Assembly: GCA_016748015.1 (NCBI GenBank)
Contig: JAAOMT010000697.1
Span: 752,868 to 816,867 of the forward strand
Length of the DNA: 64,000 nucleotides
Source: Geosiphon pyriformis uo1
Lineage: Eukaryota; Fungi; Glomeromycota
Reading direction: 5' to 3'
The translations under genes were made by a program, and so were the position numbers. A model generated the notes under the pieces. That model did no database searches, was not told the DNA's origin, and was given only the letters and a program-made list of their open reading frames with translations. Shown here one piece after another: positions 11,805 through 25,453 of this stretch (its first letter is position 1; the number at the start of each line of letters is the position of its first letter).

Positions 11805-14650
11805 ACATGTTTGGTCCAATGATTATGATTGGTTCCAGATCTCATGGAATCTTATCTGGTTGGACTAGTATTTGTTGTACTTCTAATTATGAAATGTTAT
11901 TGGTAGATGATGATATTATTTGGTAATATGGTTTTAGTTAATCACCATATGCTGCTTTGGCTAAAATTTTGTTGTTCTATCTTAATTTATAAGCTCTATT
12001 TCCAAGAATTTCTTCTATGTGAAATGGTTCATCCCATTTGGGGTCAAATTTTCTACTCCATTGTTTTTCCACTTTGGTATGATGTAAAAGTACTTTGTCT
12101 CTAATCTTGAATTCAATTGGTTTGTCTGGTAGTTGATTATCATGTCTTTCTTTTTGTTTTTCTTGTGACTTTTGGATGTTATCAGCTGCTTTTCATTGTC
12201 TGTTTTTCAGTATTTTTATTAAGTCATATGTTTTTTTCAACAAGGTTTCTTGGAAATTATCTTCTGTTATTGGTTCAGTTATGTATTGACTTCTATCTCA
12301 ACTGGTAATGTTGTTGTTCTACCATATACCAATTCAAATAGTGTTGCTTGTGTGATATTTTGCTTCATTGTCTAATAAGCAAATAATAATAATAGTATAA
12401 ACAAATCCCATTCTTCTTGATTTTCTTGACTGATTTTGGCAATTGCTTCACACAGTGTTCTATTAAATCTTTCAACTAAACCATTTGTTTGTAAATAGTA
12501 TGGTGATAATACTGGTCTTTTGATTCCGAATTGGTGACCTAATTCTACTAATGTTCTGTTTACAAAGTGAGTTCTTTGATCTAATAGTAGTTCTTTTGGA
12601 CATTCATGTTGACAAATCAAACCTTAATAAACGAATTTGGCAATGGATTCTGCATTTGCTCTTTAAATGGCTTTTGCTTCTGGCCATTTTGTAAGATAGT
12701 TTATGGCTACTGCAATATATCTGTTGCTTCTGCTGGTAATTGTTAATGGTCTGACTAAGTCAATTCCAATACAGTTGAATGATTGTCTTACTTTGATTGG
12801 TCTTAATGATTCACTAAGTTTTGTTCCACCTCTTCTCTGACAAGCATCACAATTCTGAACATATTAAATGATATCTGGATATATTGATGGCCAATAGTAT
12901 TATTTTCTTGTTTTTTCTATGGTTACTTCTTTATGAAAATGTCTTGCTGTTGGATCTGAATATATGTTGAATAATATTGTCTCTTTTTCTGGTTCTGTGA
13001 TGACTCTTATTGGTTGATCTGAATTTCTTCTGTTTTTTTGGTAAAGTATATCTTTATAATTGATAAAATATTTTGATTGTTGTTTGATATTATTTCGCTC
13101 ATTTTGAGATAATTTCTCCTTGAACTGTTGAGTATTTATATAATGTTGTAGTTGTTGATATTTTTGTATGTTCATTTTTTGTTATATTTTTGTGTTGAGA
13201 TGTTTTAGATTTGTCTTATTCGTGACAAACTGTCAGCATTTCCATTGTCTTTTCTCTTTTTATAATGTATAGTATAAGTATATGGTAATAGTGCTATTTT
13301 CTATCTTGATTGTCTTCCATCTCCAAATTTCTGTTTATGAAGTGCTGTTAATCCCTTGTGATCTGTGTATACATCAAACTTCTGGCTCAAGTATTCACTC
13401 CATTTCATGACTGCCCAATAAATTGCTAAGTGTTCTAATTTTGGTGTTCCATAATTTCTTTCAGCTGAAGTTAAACTTCAGCTGGCATATGTGACTGGAT
13501 GTTCTCTTCAATCCAGTTCTCTCTGTAATAGTACTGCTCCCAATGCTTGGCCTGATGCATTGATGGTAATAATAAATGGTTTGTTGTGATCTGAATAGAT
13601 CAGTATTGGAGCTTGTATAAGCTTTCTTCTCAGAATATTAAAAGCTTCTTGTTGTGCTTCTGTTCATTCATATTTCACATTTTTGGTTTGGAGATAATTG
13701 AGTGGTTGGGCTATCTTAGAAAAGTTTTTGATGAAGCATTAATAATAACCTGCAAATCCCAAAAATAATTTTAACTCAGTTACATTGATTGGTACTGGAA
13801 AGTTCTTGACTATTTCTATTTTTCTTGGATCCGTTTTGATGTCATCTTTGCTTACTATGTGCCCTAAAAAGTTTAATTCTGTCTTGCCAAAGAAGCACTT
13901 ATTGGTGTTTAACTTTAGTCCTGCTCATCGTAGTCTTTTGAACACTTATTGTAGATAATACAAATAATCATCAAATGTTTTGGAAAACACATTGGTGTCA
14001 TCTAAATAAACGACTACTGATTTCCACAACAAGCCAGTATATACTATTTCCATTAGCCATTGAAATGTGGCTGGCACATTTGTTAAGCCAAATGGCATCA
14101 CTTCAAATTCAAAATTTCCCTTTTGTGTTGTAAATGCAGTCTTTTCTTTGTCCACTAGATCCATGGCTACTTGTCAATAACCACTATTTAAATTCAATGT
14201 TAAGAATCATTTGTTTCTCCCAAAAGCATTGAATAATTCCTGAATTTATGGAGTTAGATAGTTGTCTCCATGCATGACTTTATTAAGCTTTCTGTAGTCC
14301 ATGCAAAAGTGGATTTTCCTATTCTTTTTCTGGATAAGTACTACTAATAATAACTATGGGCTCATTGATGGCTGAATTAATCTGTTGTTAAGCATCTGGT
14401 TGATTTCTTGACAAATGATCTTATGGCTGGTGGGTGGTACTTTGTATGCTTGTTGTTTTATTGATATAGCATCTCCAGTTTTAATCTGGTATTGGATGAT
14501 ATCAGTTCTGCCGAATTCATTCTCACTGGTAAAGATGTCATTGAACTTGTTGAGCAACATCTTCAGTTGCATGCATTGAAGTGGGTTTAGATTCCCTATA
14601 TTCATTTGTTCTAATTGTTCTGGTTGTAGCAAATAACATTCATTTCATCC
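11805..14650 (-). pseudogene. pol: A2 pol: RT, RNase H, integrase
   Basis: ORF fragments 14354-14632, 13946-14164, 12900-13175 and 12372-12620 carry RT and IN motifs. Confidence 0.93.
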
Positions 14651-15033
14651 ATATATTGTTTGTAATGTGATGTCAATATATCCACAAAGCTGTGGAAAGT
14701 CTGGAATGAGGTTTGGTGGTTGGTTTTCTATTTTAGTAGTTAAATGTCCTATAATGATTCTTTCTGGTATCTCTATAACTTTTCCAGTGTTGTTGTAAAT
14801 AGAAATTTTGATGTGGCTATAGTTCCTGGCTGGTATGTAGAGATTGATGAATCCAATTTCTCCTGATTCACAACGTGCTGCTTCTGCCTCAAAAATTTGG
14901 TTCTGATTCTTCACTTTCCTTTCTATGACTACCATATACTGGTTATATGATAGAATGGAAATTGGTTGACTGGTGGAGATAATTTCTCCTTGTCAATAAT
15001 CTCTTTTTTCATTATATTAACTGGTATATCTAT

Positions 15034-15458
15034 TCTACTCATTGATCCAAATCCCTGTATCCCTCTTGCTGTTATTCCTAATTCTTCCCTATTTCCTACT
15101 GATACTAACTGAGCTATTTTGACTAAAGGCAGGAATATTGTCTGTGCTATCTTTTTGTTTGGCTCTATTACATAGGTCTTTTCTGAATCGTTTTGTAGCA
15201 TAGCAATGATATTTCCCACATATCTTGCATCAATTATTCCTCCTCTAATGTTAATTTCTCTTTTTGCTAAACTACTCCTAAATGCTAGTTGAACCATTGT
15301 AGTTGCTAGAATTTCTAGTGCTATTTTCAGATTAATGCAAGTGCACAAATGTGGTTCCAATTTAATAGCATTTTTTCCAGGATATCTTAGATTAAACCCT
15401 ACATCAGTATCATGTGCATGTTCTGGCATAATACCTTCATTATTGTTACTGAACCATT
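15034..15458 (-). pseudogene. dut: Trimeric dUTPase domain within the A2 polyprotein
   Basis: All five motifs recognisable: DVGFNL (for DAGFDL), RSSLA, GIIDARYVG, KIAQ, RGIQGFGS. Confidence 0.92.
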
Positions 15459-16744
15459 TTAGTTCCTGCTCCTTGGTGAGGTCAAGAAGTGTGATATATT
15501 GTTTATAGTTTGAATCGAAGTTTAAATCTGAGTTGGAATTATTGTTATTGTTATTGCTATTTTGAACAGAACTAGAACTGTTATTTTTGTCATTGTCATT
15601 GTCAGGATTTGAGTCAGAATTGATTTTCAATTCTGATTCTAATGTGCAGCTGCTGATTGGTTCTTCTTCTTCTGGGATCATGTAGATTATATGGATCAGT
15701 GGGTTGTAAATAAGATCACACTTATTACAATATTGAAAGTCACATGGGATCAAAAAATGGTTACATAGTTGAGTGTTTAGCTGTGCTAGCTGCTGCTCCT
15801 GCTCTTCTCTTGTTGGTGCTAATCTCTGGTAGTGCTCATGGAATTCCTCAGGATTATTCTCAATGTTGCCAAAGATGTCAAATATTTGGACATACTTAGG
15901 TTCAGGTAGTAACAGAAAGTTGTTTTTTATTTTCAGTAGTTCGCTAATTGTCGCACTTTCTGTTTTTGCACTTGCCATTCTCCAGAGTTCATGCTCATCA
16001 TGTGGGTATCTTTCCAATTGTTACAATGCTCATTTTTAGACATCGTTGATTGGTGTTCCCTTATATACCCAGTTGTTGATTAGAATTGTATATTGGCAGG
16101 TTTTATCACATATTCCTTTATGTCCAGGAATGTTGTTCCACATTCCTTTGTCCAGAAAGATCTCTGCACAAGCTAAACATGGGATATTATCCCATTTTTC
16201 CACTCATTTTGGTCGTCCAAAACATTCTAGAATGTATGCTTAGCAGTAAAATTTGGTTGCTGTTAAGTATTTTTCATCATTGTCACAGCATGCATCTATT
16301 GATGACAATTTCTTGTCACAATCAATGCATATAAGCTTTGGTTAATGATAGTTAGAGGATTGTAATGGTGTATATTTATGAGGGGTATAATTGTCAATTG
16401 GTAGTAACTTTTCTTCTTTTGCTTTTCTTTTTCCTTTGCTGTTCTCTTCCCATTCCCAGCTTGGTATTGGTTTGCTCTTATCATTGTTGGTCCAGTTCAA
16501 GTCATCAGTTTCTCAGGTAAGTTCCTCTCTTTGCTTTCCTTAGGTGTTGTTATTCTATGAGAGTATTGGTGGCAGTTTATTATGGTCGTTGTCAGCTCAT
16601 GAGACTTAATAGGCTTCCCAGGTAGGTTTTTTCTCTTCTTCCTTAAACTCGATGAGTGGTGCTGGTGTGTTGATGGTCTTGAAGTGGCTGTATGTGGCTA
16701 GTACACATGTATGTTGACCATTTTGGTTGAGTTGGAGCTTTTGT

Positions 16745-17070
16745 GTTGTCCAATCCAATATGGCATTTGTTTTAATGAGCCAGTTATTACCAACTAGTGC
16801 TTGCTATTGAGTGGCTTCCATTACCAAAACTTTGATAGGGACTATGATGCCATTGACTTTAAAAGGGAAGTCATCAATCTCACCAATAAAAGTTTTGGTT
16901 GCTCTATTAGCTGTGATGATCTTTGCGCTGACAGCTCTGTCAACTCGGCGATCTAATTGATCTATGAGTTGTTTGGTGATAATGCTGCCAGCTAATCCAC
17001 TATTTAAGATCAGTTTAATATGCTGACTATTGACTTTGACATCAGTATACATCGCGGTTATTGGTTTGGT
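16745..17070 (-). pseudogene. Retroviral-type aspartic protease of A2
   Basis: LILNSGLAGSII (catalytic D>N by G>A) and a ...ALVGNNWL motif. Confidence 0.85.
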
Positions 17071-20000
17071 GTTCAGAGCGGCTCCACTGAATAATGGAAC
17101 TGATGTGATTTCCTCAAGTTCAAATAAGAATATGGCAGCAAGTAATTCATCTTTAGTGCTGGTGGCTGGTGGAATGTTGTGGGTAAATGGCTTCTGATTG
17201 GTTTCCTGTTTGCTAAATGCAGCATCTTCTGGAGTAACTAGAAGACTTAAGTAGTTCTGAGAACTCAGGTTTTGGTTATTCCCAGTTCCTGAACTCTGCT
17301 GGCATAATCCTGATGGTTGATTTGATGAACTGGGGATCAGTTGGTGGACCACCATTGCCAATCTCTAGTTTTGGGTTACTTTGAATCTGGGGTTTCTGGA
17401 TGTTATTATAAATGGGTTTTGGAGCAGTGTTTGAATTGATTGTTGTGGTTGATAGACTATTTGTGATTGTGGTTAATATATTATAGGTGGCTGCAGTTAA
17501 TATATTTGAGGTTGATATATTAGTGTTTAATAAATTGGCAGCATCATTGGCAGGTAAGTGGATTGATATTGATTTTGATTCAAGTAATAATTCGGAGTTG
17601 GAAACTGGCGATCGGAATTTCAATATTGATTTTCCAATTATGGGTTACTATAAGCACAGCAATCGGCTCTAATGTAACCTTGTTTACCACAGTTGTGACA
17701 AATTTGCATTTCTTGTTGCCATGACTGATTTGTTGATAATGATAGACATAACTAATTTTGGAAACAATTTGCGTTTCCCTGATTATTATATTGTTGAAGA
17801 GACTAATAAATTGGGCAATTGTCAGCTAAGTATCTCTTTAATTTCTGATTAATAGAATCATTGAATTGTTTCAGTTTAAAATTCAAGTCAGATGATTCAT
17901 TTATTACTAAATTCACAGCTTGGGTGTAGTTGGCTTCTAACTCAGCAGCTTCAAAATCTCTAGCATGAGTGACTGCAGTAGAAAGGTCTACTGAATGCAT
18001 TGGACATACTTGTTAGAGGATGCTGCTGCATAAGCCTCTAATAAACTACAAACATTAAATTTACCACTTATCCATTTCTCAAGACCAGAAGATTTTTAGT
18101 TACCCAAAAGTCCTACTTAACAGCAAGAACCCATATCAACCAGCACCAATATTATTGATTACTTACAAGAAAATAAAAGTAATCATTCAGAGAATTTAGA
18201 AAGTAAAGAAACTGAATCAGAACAAGAAGAAACTACAGAAAACAAAGAAGAAATAGCAACTGCTTATATTGCAAAAATCCCAGAATTTACTGATAAAGAT
18301 AACAATACCAGCCCTCAAAAATGGTTTAACAAAGTCCAAAAAACAGAAGATGCAAATGGATAAAATGCAGCAAAAATGCTCAAAGCAATCTCATACTTTT
18401 TTTAAAAAACTACAGGAAAATGGTTTGAAAACTTAGAAGAACTATTTGGAAACTGGTAAGCATTCAAAGATGCTTTTTTACAACAATTTACCAACAACAA
18501 CACCTTTATTACTTTCTATAATTGCTTTTGCAATATTAAACAAGAAACATCTGAAACTGTCATAACCTATTTTAGAAGATTCAACAAACTTCTTTGACAA
18601 ATTCGATAATTGAAAACCAATGAATATTATTCCAATGCCCAAATTTTGGATCAGTTTATAGCAGAATTGAAAGACAAGTTAATTAAAAAAGTTTGCCCAC
18701 ATGTCTCAAAAGACTTAGCAACAGCTATTAGACATGCAAAGAACTATAAAATGGCAATAGAAGAAGCAAACTATACCAAACTTCTGAACCTTGCTATTGG
18801 AGAAACCAGCTCAGCAGCTAAAAAAAAATTAACCAACTTACAAAAAAGGTTAAGAACTATTTTACCAATTAACAATAATAGCAACAACCATAAAAATATT
18901 AGCCATCACAGTAACGAAACCAAAACAACTATTCTTCATCAACAAACAACTAAAACCAAAGTTGTCACTATTGTGAAATTCAAGGACATTGGAAACAAAA
19001 TTGCAGAAAGCTACAAAGAAACCAACAAAATATGAGTAATCAATATTATCCTTTAACACAACAATCTTATTATCAGTCTTCACTACCAGTCTACTATTCT
19101 TCAAGACTTTAACAGCAAAACAATTACTATTAGCCTGTCTTACAACAATAATATCAACAATCTCTACCAATCCAACAGTATCAATAACCATCTACATAAC
19201 AATATCAATTACCAGCCCAAAGATTGGTTTAACACAACTAATTCACATTACAAAACTATTTTCCAACAAACAACAATAAGATTAATCTAAACAACCAGTT
19301 GGTTCCTTGAAATTCTAATCAACAAAGATTCAATCACTACTACACTTAATCCAGTTATTTCACAATGCCTAAAGGATCGAATTTTCAACAAACTGTACTT
19401 TTTGAAGATAAAGTTGCAGCACCAAGATCAAACTCTTCCAACAATATTATTTTACCAGCCCAAATTGCCCAAAATGCCAACTTTTCAGATATATTCCCAT
19501 TCGAATTTGAAGCAAATGAATCACCATTCTTGTTTAGCAATGCAGCAGTTAATAAACAAAAAGCAATCATAGCTATGTATACTGAAACTGAAATAAAAGA
19601 AAAACCAATTTGGTTAATCTTAAACAGTAGATTAGCTAGAAGTATTATTACCTATCAATTGATGCAACAGCTTGAAAAAAACGTCGACAGACCAGCTCAA
19701 ACTGTTATTATTACAGCAGATAAAATGAAAAAGACACCAATAGGAGAAATTGACAATTTCTCATTTACTATTAATGGAATCATCATTTCAGTTAAAGTTT
19801 TAGTCATAGATGCACTCCAATACCAAGCTCTTGTTGGAAATAATTGGCTTCTCAAGACCAATGCAAGTTTAGATTAGGAAATCCAGAAATTGAAGATTTT
19901 ATACCAAAGACAATACACCAAAGTATCTGTTACTTATGGTGCTTTTAATAAAAAATCTGAGAAAGCCCTAGTATTAGAATTTGAAGAGAAAAAAGAACTA

Positions 20001-20870
20001 CCAATTACTGAAATCTTTATGGCTCTTGGATTACCATCCAATTGGGCTGAAAAAACAAAACAAGAAATCTTTGAAAAACCCAGAAAATGAAATGTTGTTT
20101 GATATTCTACACCAAAACCAAGGAAACAACCACCCTATATCCCACTTAAATGTAGAAATTGCAAGAAAAAAATTTCATCAATGAGAGCATATATTTCTTT
20201 AGAAAAGGAATATGAAACTCACACTTGTTACTACTGTAAAGCATGCCATAGAGAACGATTTGAATACTCCAAATGAAGTGAAAAATGAGACAACACTCCT
20301 TGTCTCATATGTGAAGATATGTTATCAGAAGAATACAACTGGATTGATGTTGCAATAAGAAGAGGAGTATGTGATCAAATCTGCCAATATGCTCTATCAA
20401 TTTTGGAAAAAGTTAAAAGAAGAACATTTTTTGATGCAGCATACAACAGTGCTTTCAACAAACTTTACTATTATTCTCATGATGCTGAAATAATCTTTGA
20501 TTTAGCAATAACTTTAATCAATAGAGCCACACAGAAAGATGTCTAACAAATGAAAGAAGCTAAATACATTGAGTACATAATAAAATTAGCTGGATTCAAC
20601 TATAAAAATAAAGTGAAAACATATTACCAAATTGCAAGTTACACTTATCCAATCCAAGAAGCTCAAATTCAATGATTAGAGCAAATAAACATTTAATTGT
20701 GTAAAAAATACATCATGTTTTGTGATGACAAAGAATGTTCAAAATGCTATGCCCTTAGCATCTCTTTGTCCAGCAAAAATAATCAGAAAGAAATTGAGTT
20801 TGGAGAACATAAGCCAGAAGAAAAAAATACAACAACCCCAATTTATCTTACTAAAAACCAGTCTGCTATA

Positions 20871-21302
20871 CAACTCAAATACTTTAACAACAATGGAAAA
20901 GAAATAAAACCAAAAAAAGCTCACGAAATTGATGCAAGATATGACCTAAGATATCCTGGTAAAGACACTTTGGTTTTTCAACCAAAATTCTTAACCAAAA
21001 TCAACTTTAAAATTGCTTTTAAAATACTACTAGAAGCAATGGTACAAATCACTTCTCAATTATCATTGACAAGCAAAGAAATCAATATCAGAAAAGAAGT
21101 TATAAATGCAGAATATACTGAAAACATCATTATTATGTTACAGAATAAAACAGACAAACTATTTAGGATTGAACATACTGAAAAGATTGTCCAAGCAATT
21201 TACTTACTCTTAATCAAAATTTCGGGTTTATAATCAGTCAACAACAGAAAACAACTAGGCAAAAGTAAAAGAAAAATACAAGGTTTTGGTTCAATTGGAC
21301 GA
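20871..21302 (+). pseudogene. dut: dUTPase domain of element C
   Basis: DARYDL, VINAEY, KIVQ and IQGFGS; same position as in A2. Confidence 0.88.
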
Positions 21303-24300
21303 TTTACAGTTTCAGTAAACATAGCTTTCAATATACAGAATGAATTTTACCAGATTTTTTAACTTCTCCAACCAATTACTATTTTACTTTTTGAAGAATA
21401 TCACGAAATTTACACTTGCTCAAAACCCACCACTACTCAACAAATCTTTGAATTCAATGAACAAATTTGTTTAAAGCATAAAATCTTAATTCCAAATGTT
21501 TATATTCCCAAAGGAATGAAGAAATTTTGAGTTACATTTTACAACCCCAATAATTACCCTATTATTCTATTAAATAAATTAGAGATTGGAATCATATATA
21601 ATAACATATTCTAAGATAAAAACCCTCAAATTGTCTCTAATTTCATTGAAATTGTAAGACATATCCTACTTCCCAATCTAAACATTATTTCTACTACTAA
21701 AAACTACTATTTTTTGGAAAAAAAACTCTTTTGAATTAACATGAATCCCTTAGAACTCCAACAACAAAGACAATTGAAACAGTTAATAGCTGAATTCGCT
21801 AACATATTTGCAAAAGACAACAATAATCTGGGAAAAACTAATTTTGTTTAACATCAGATTCACACAGAAGATGCTCTACTAAAATGACAACAAGCTTATT
21901 GAGTACCACTTACCAGCCACCAATTCATTAGAGAAGAGATTTAAAAAATGCTCAATAATAGATTGATTCAATTATCAAGAAGTTCATGAATTTTACCAGT
22001 AGTCTTTGTTAAAAAGAAAAATAGAAAAATCAGATTTTGTGTTAACTATTGCCAACTAAACAATATGACAATTGGAAATGTCTACCCTTTTTCAAGAATT
22101 GATGACATACTAGATGCTTTAGAAAAAGCCAAGTTCTTTTTAACTTTAAACTTGGAAAGTAGATACTGACAAGTCGAAATAGATCCAAAAAATAGACCCA
22201 AAACAGTATTTACCATTCAGAAAGGAAATTATGAATTCAATATTATGCCTTTTGGATTCTGCAATATACCAGCAACATTCCAGTGACTTATGGATATTGT
22301 ATATAAAGGACTTTTATGGCAATCAGTAGTTGTCTATCTTGATATTACTGATGTATATTCACCAAGTTTTGAAGCCCATCTTATCTACCTGCAAAAAGTT
22401 TTTCAACAATTATGAAAAGCAGAATTAAAGTTGAATATTGAGAAATGTCACTTTGAAAAAACAAGTTTAATCTTTCTTGGACACATTGTTAGCAAAGATG
22501 GAGTCAAACCAAATTCTGGAACAATTAGTGTTGTTAAAAACTTTCAAACTTCCAAAAATACCACAGAACTATGAGGATTTGTAGGATTAGCCTTTTACTA
22601 TCAAAAATTCATTAAAGAATTCTCAGAGATTGCCAAACCACTCAATTATCTTATCAACAAAAATGTGCCATACCAATAGACTAAAGAACAACAGAAAGCT
22701 TTTGAAATTCTTAAGACAAAATTAACACCAACACCAGTTCTTGCTTATCCAAACTTCAACAAATGATTCCAACTAGCCACTAATGCTTTACATATAGCTT
22801 TTGGTGCTATTCTATCACAATTAAATAAAAATAGCCAGAAGCAAGTTATTGCCTATGCCAGCAAAATACTTAAGCCAACAAAATTCAAATATAGCTCAAC
22901 TGAATTAGAAGCTGTTGCAGTCATCTGGGCTCTTAAACACTTTTAACAATACCTGAAAAATGAAAAAAATTTTGATATCATAATCAACAATATTGGTCTC
23001 AAATGGCTTAATAAAAAGAAAACAGAACAAAATACCAAACAGTCTTAATGGAATAATTTTCTAGCAGACTACAAATATATTATACATCACAAACCAGGAA
23101 AACTACACACTAATGTTGATAGCCTCTCAAGAATAAGACAAGATTAATACCAATAACAATTTTACTACAACTTACCAACTTATCAACAAAATAACAAAAC
23201 AACAATGGATTCCAGAAATTACAACAATCTTAAAAACTATTTGAAGATTCTGACCATGCCAGAAAATTAGTCTCCAAGTGAAAAACATCAATTACAACAC
23301 CAATCAAAACAATATTTCATATACCATAACAAAATCTATTATAAAAATTGCAGAAACTCAAACCAATCACTTAGATTAGTACAAGAAAATGAAAAAAAAA
23401 CAATTCTATACAACATGCACACAAATTTTTCTTCAGCACACTTGGGAAGAAATAAAACAATTCAAAGAACTCTTAAACATTATTTTTGGCCTCACATACA
23501 AAAAGACATTTGACAATATATAAAATTTTGTGATAGTTGTCAAAAAAGAAAAGAAACTCACTTCACAGAACCTTTAAATCCAATCAAAGTTGAACAATCT
23601 TTTGACAAAGTTGGAATTGATTTAGTCAGACCATTACCTATTACAACCCAAAAAAATCATTATATTGCAATTGCAGTAGATTATCTTATTAAATGGCCTG
23701 AAGTTAGAGCCATCTAAAGAGCAGATACAAAATCAGTAGTAAATTTCATCTATAAAGACATTATTTGTAGACATAAATGCTTAATTGAATTTTTATCTGA
23801 TCAAAGAACACATTTTGTAAACAACTTGATACAAAAAATTTGTAAATAATTCAATGTCAAAAAACTTCTATCATTACCTTATCACTTTCAAACAAATGAA
23901 CTTGTAGAACATTTCAACAGAACATTGTGTGAATCTTTAGCCAAAGTCTCAACAAATTTTGAGCAAAAATAAGATATCTTTATTCCATCAGTATTACTAG
24001 CATACAGAACACTAAAACAAAATACTATAAAACACACACTATTTGATCTTATTTATAGAAGGACAACAATATTACCAATTAATTTCACAGTGGAAACATA
24101 CTCAGTGCAACCAATCAATGAAGAAAACTTTCAAGAAACACTTCAAAGAAGAGCTTATACTCTTCTTAGTATATTGAAAAAAAAAAGATAAATAGTAGCA
24201 ACTTATATTGAATACTCCCAATCTCAATAAAAAGAAAGACATGACAACAAATTACCACTAGTTACCAACAAATTTAAAGTTGAAAATAAAGTTCTTTTAC

Positions 24301-24745
24301 ACAGAACTAAGGCTAAAAAACAATAGAGTGGAAAATTTGAACATAAATGGAATGAACCATTTTATATTCACGAAATTCTAAGCAATGAATTATATAAGTT
24401 AAGACTTAATAACAAAGTACTAGCAAAAGTTGCACATGGAGATTGATTGAAACACTATTATTCCAGAAACAATCTTGAATTATTAATTCTACAAATTGGT
24501 ATACATTCCTTTTTAATCAATCCTAAAGATATTCTCCAAAATTTAGAACCAATAATTATAATAAAACAACAACCAAACTTGAACACTTAATTCAACATAT
24601 TTTTATAATAATCTTTTTAATAACACACAAAAACAGAAAACAAAAATAGTAAATAATTACAAGAAATACCCAAACCCAAAAAACAAATAAAAACCCTCTA
24701 CCCAAAAATTATTTTTTTTATTTTTTTTAGTTAGTTATTTTTATC

Positions 24746-25453
24746 ATGATTATTCCTCAAAATATCCAATAAATATCCCAAAAATTAATGTTAACTTTAA
24801 AAACACTTCTTGACTTATCCATAATGATTAATGGAAGTCAAATTAATTATATTCAGAAGGAAACCACAACCTCAATAGTAAATAATTTTCAGAATTATCA
24901 CCCATATAGAAGAAAAACAAGAGATTACTCTAAAATTCAATTACCAGAACTTTTGAAGCAAGCACTAAAAGAAAACCTTTTATTTGTCCCTATTGATATT
25001 TCACCAAATGCCACAATTCAACAAAAACTTCTACTATTCCTTAATGAACAGAACAATAAACATACCTTTATACATAGATATTTTCATATTGGAAAAACAC
25101 TTTATGAATGAAAACTGGAACTTGAAGCAACCAACATTATTTCTGAAGTTATACAAAAACAAATTCACAATGAATTTAAGACAGCAGCTAGACCAACAAA
25201 TACTTATTACAAACTTAGAACAGCATTTAAACTCTATGATTTATTTAATACTTGTGAAAATGTCCTACAAAATTCAATACTTCATCCAATAAAAATTTAA
25301 TACATTGGAAAACTCACAGAACTGAAATTTTAACAATTTTCAGACCAAATCACTTTAATTATTTTGGACCACTATCTTGATATTACAGATAGTGCTTGGA
25401 CTTTGACAAAGCTCAGTCTTGAAGAAGAAATTATGTTATCAGTAGAATTTTAG
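24746..25453 (+). pseudogene. ORF3 of element C (236 codons); frame runs through the PPT into the 3' LTR
   Basis: MIIPQNIQ*ISQKLML...YFHIGKTL...RTAFKLYDLF...YIGKL; aligns by eye with A-family ORF3. Confidence 0.75.

Larger units (their letters stand above)
10227..18048 (-). mobile_element. Ty3/Gypsy copy A2 (5'-truncated in gag): gag-PR-Cys-rich-dUTPase-RT-RH-IN-ORF3-LTR
   Basis: ORF fragments give a gag CCHC (CHNCGKQGYIRADC ~17658-17699), protease LILNSG, dUTPase, RT YLDD and integrase; inverted homologue of A1. Confidence 0.95.
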
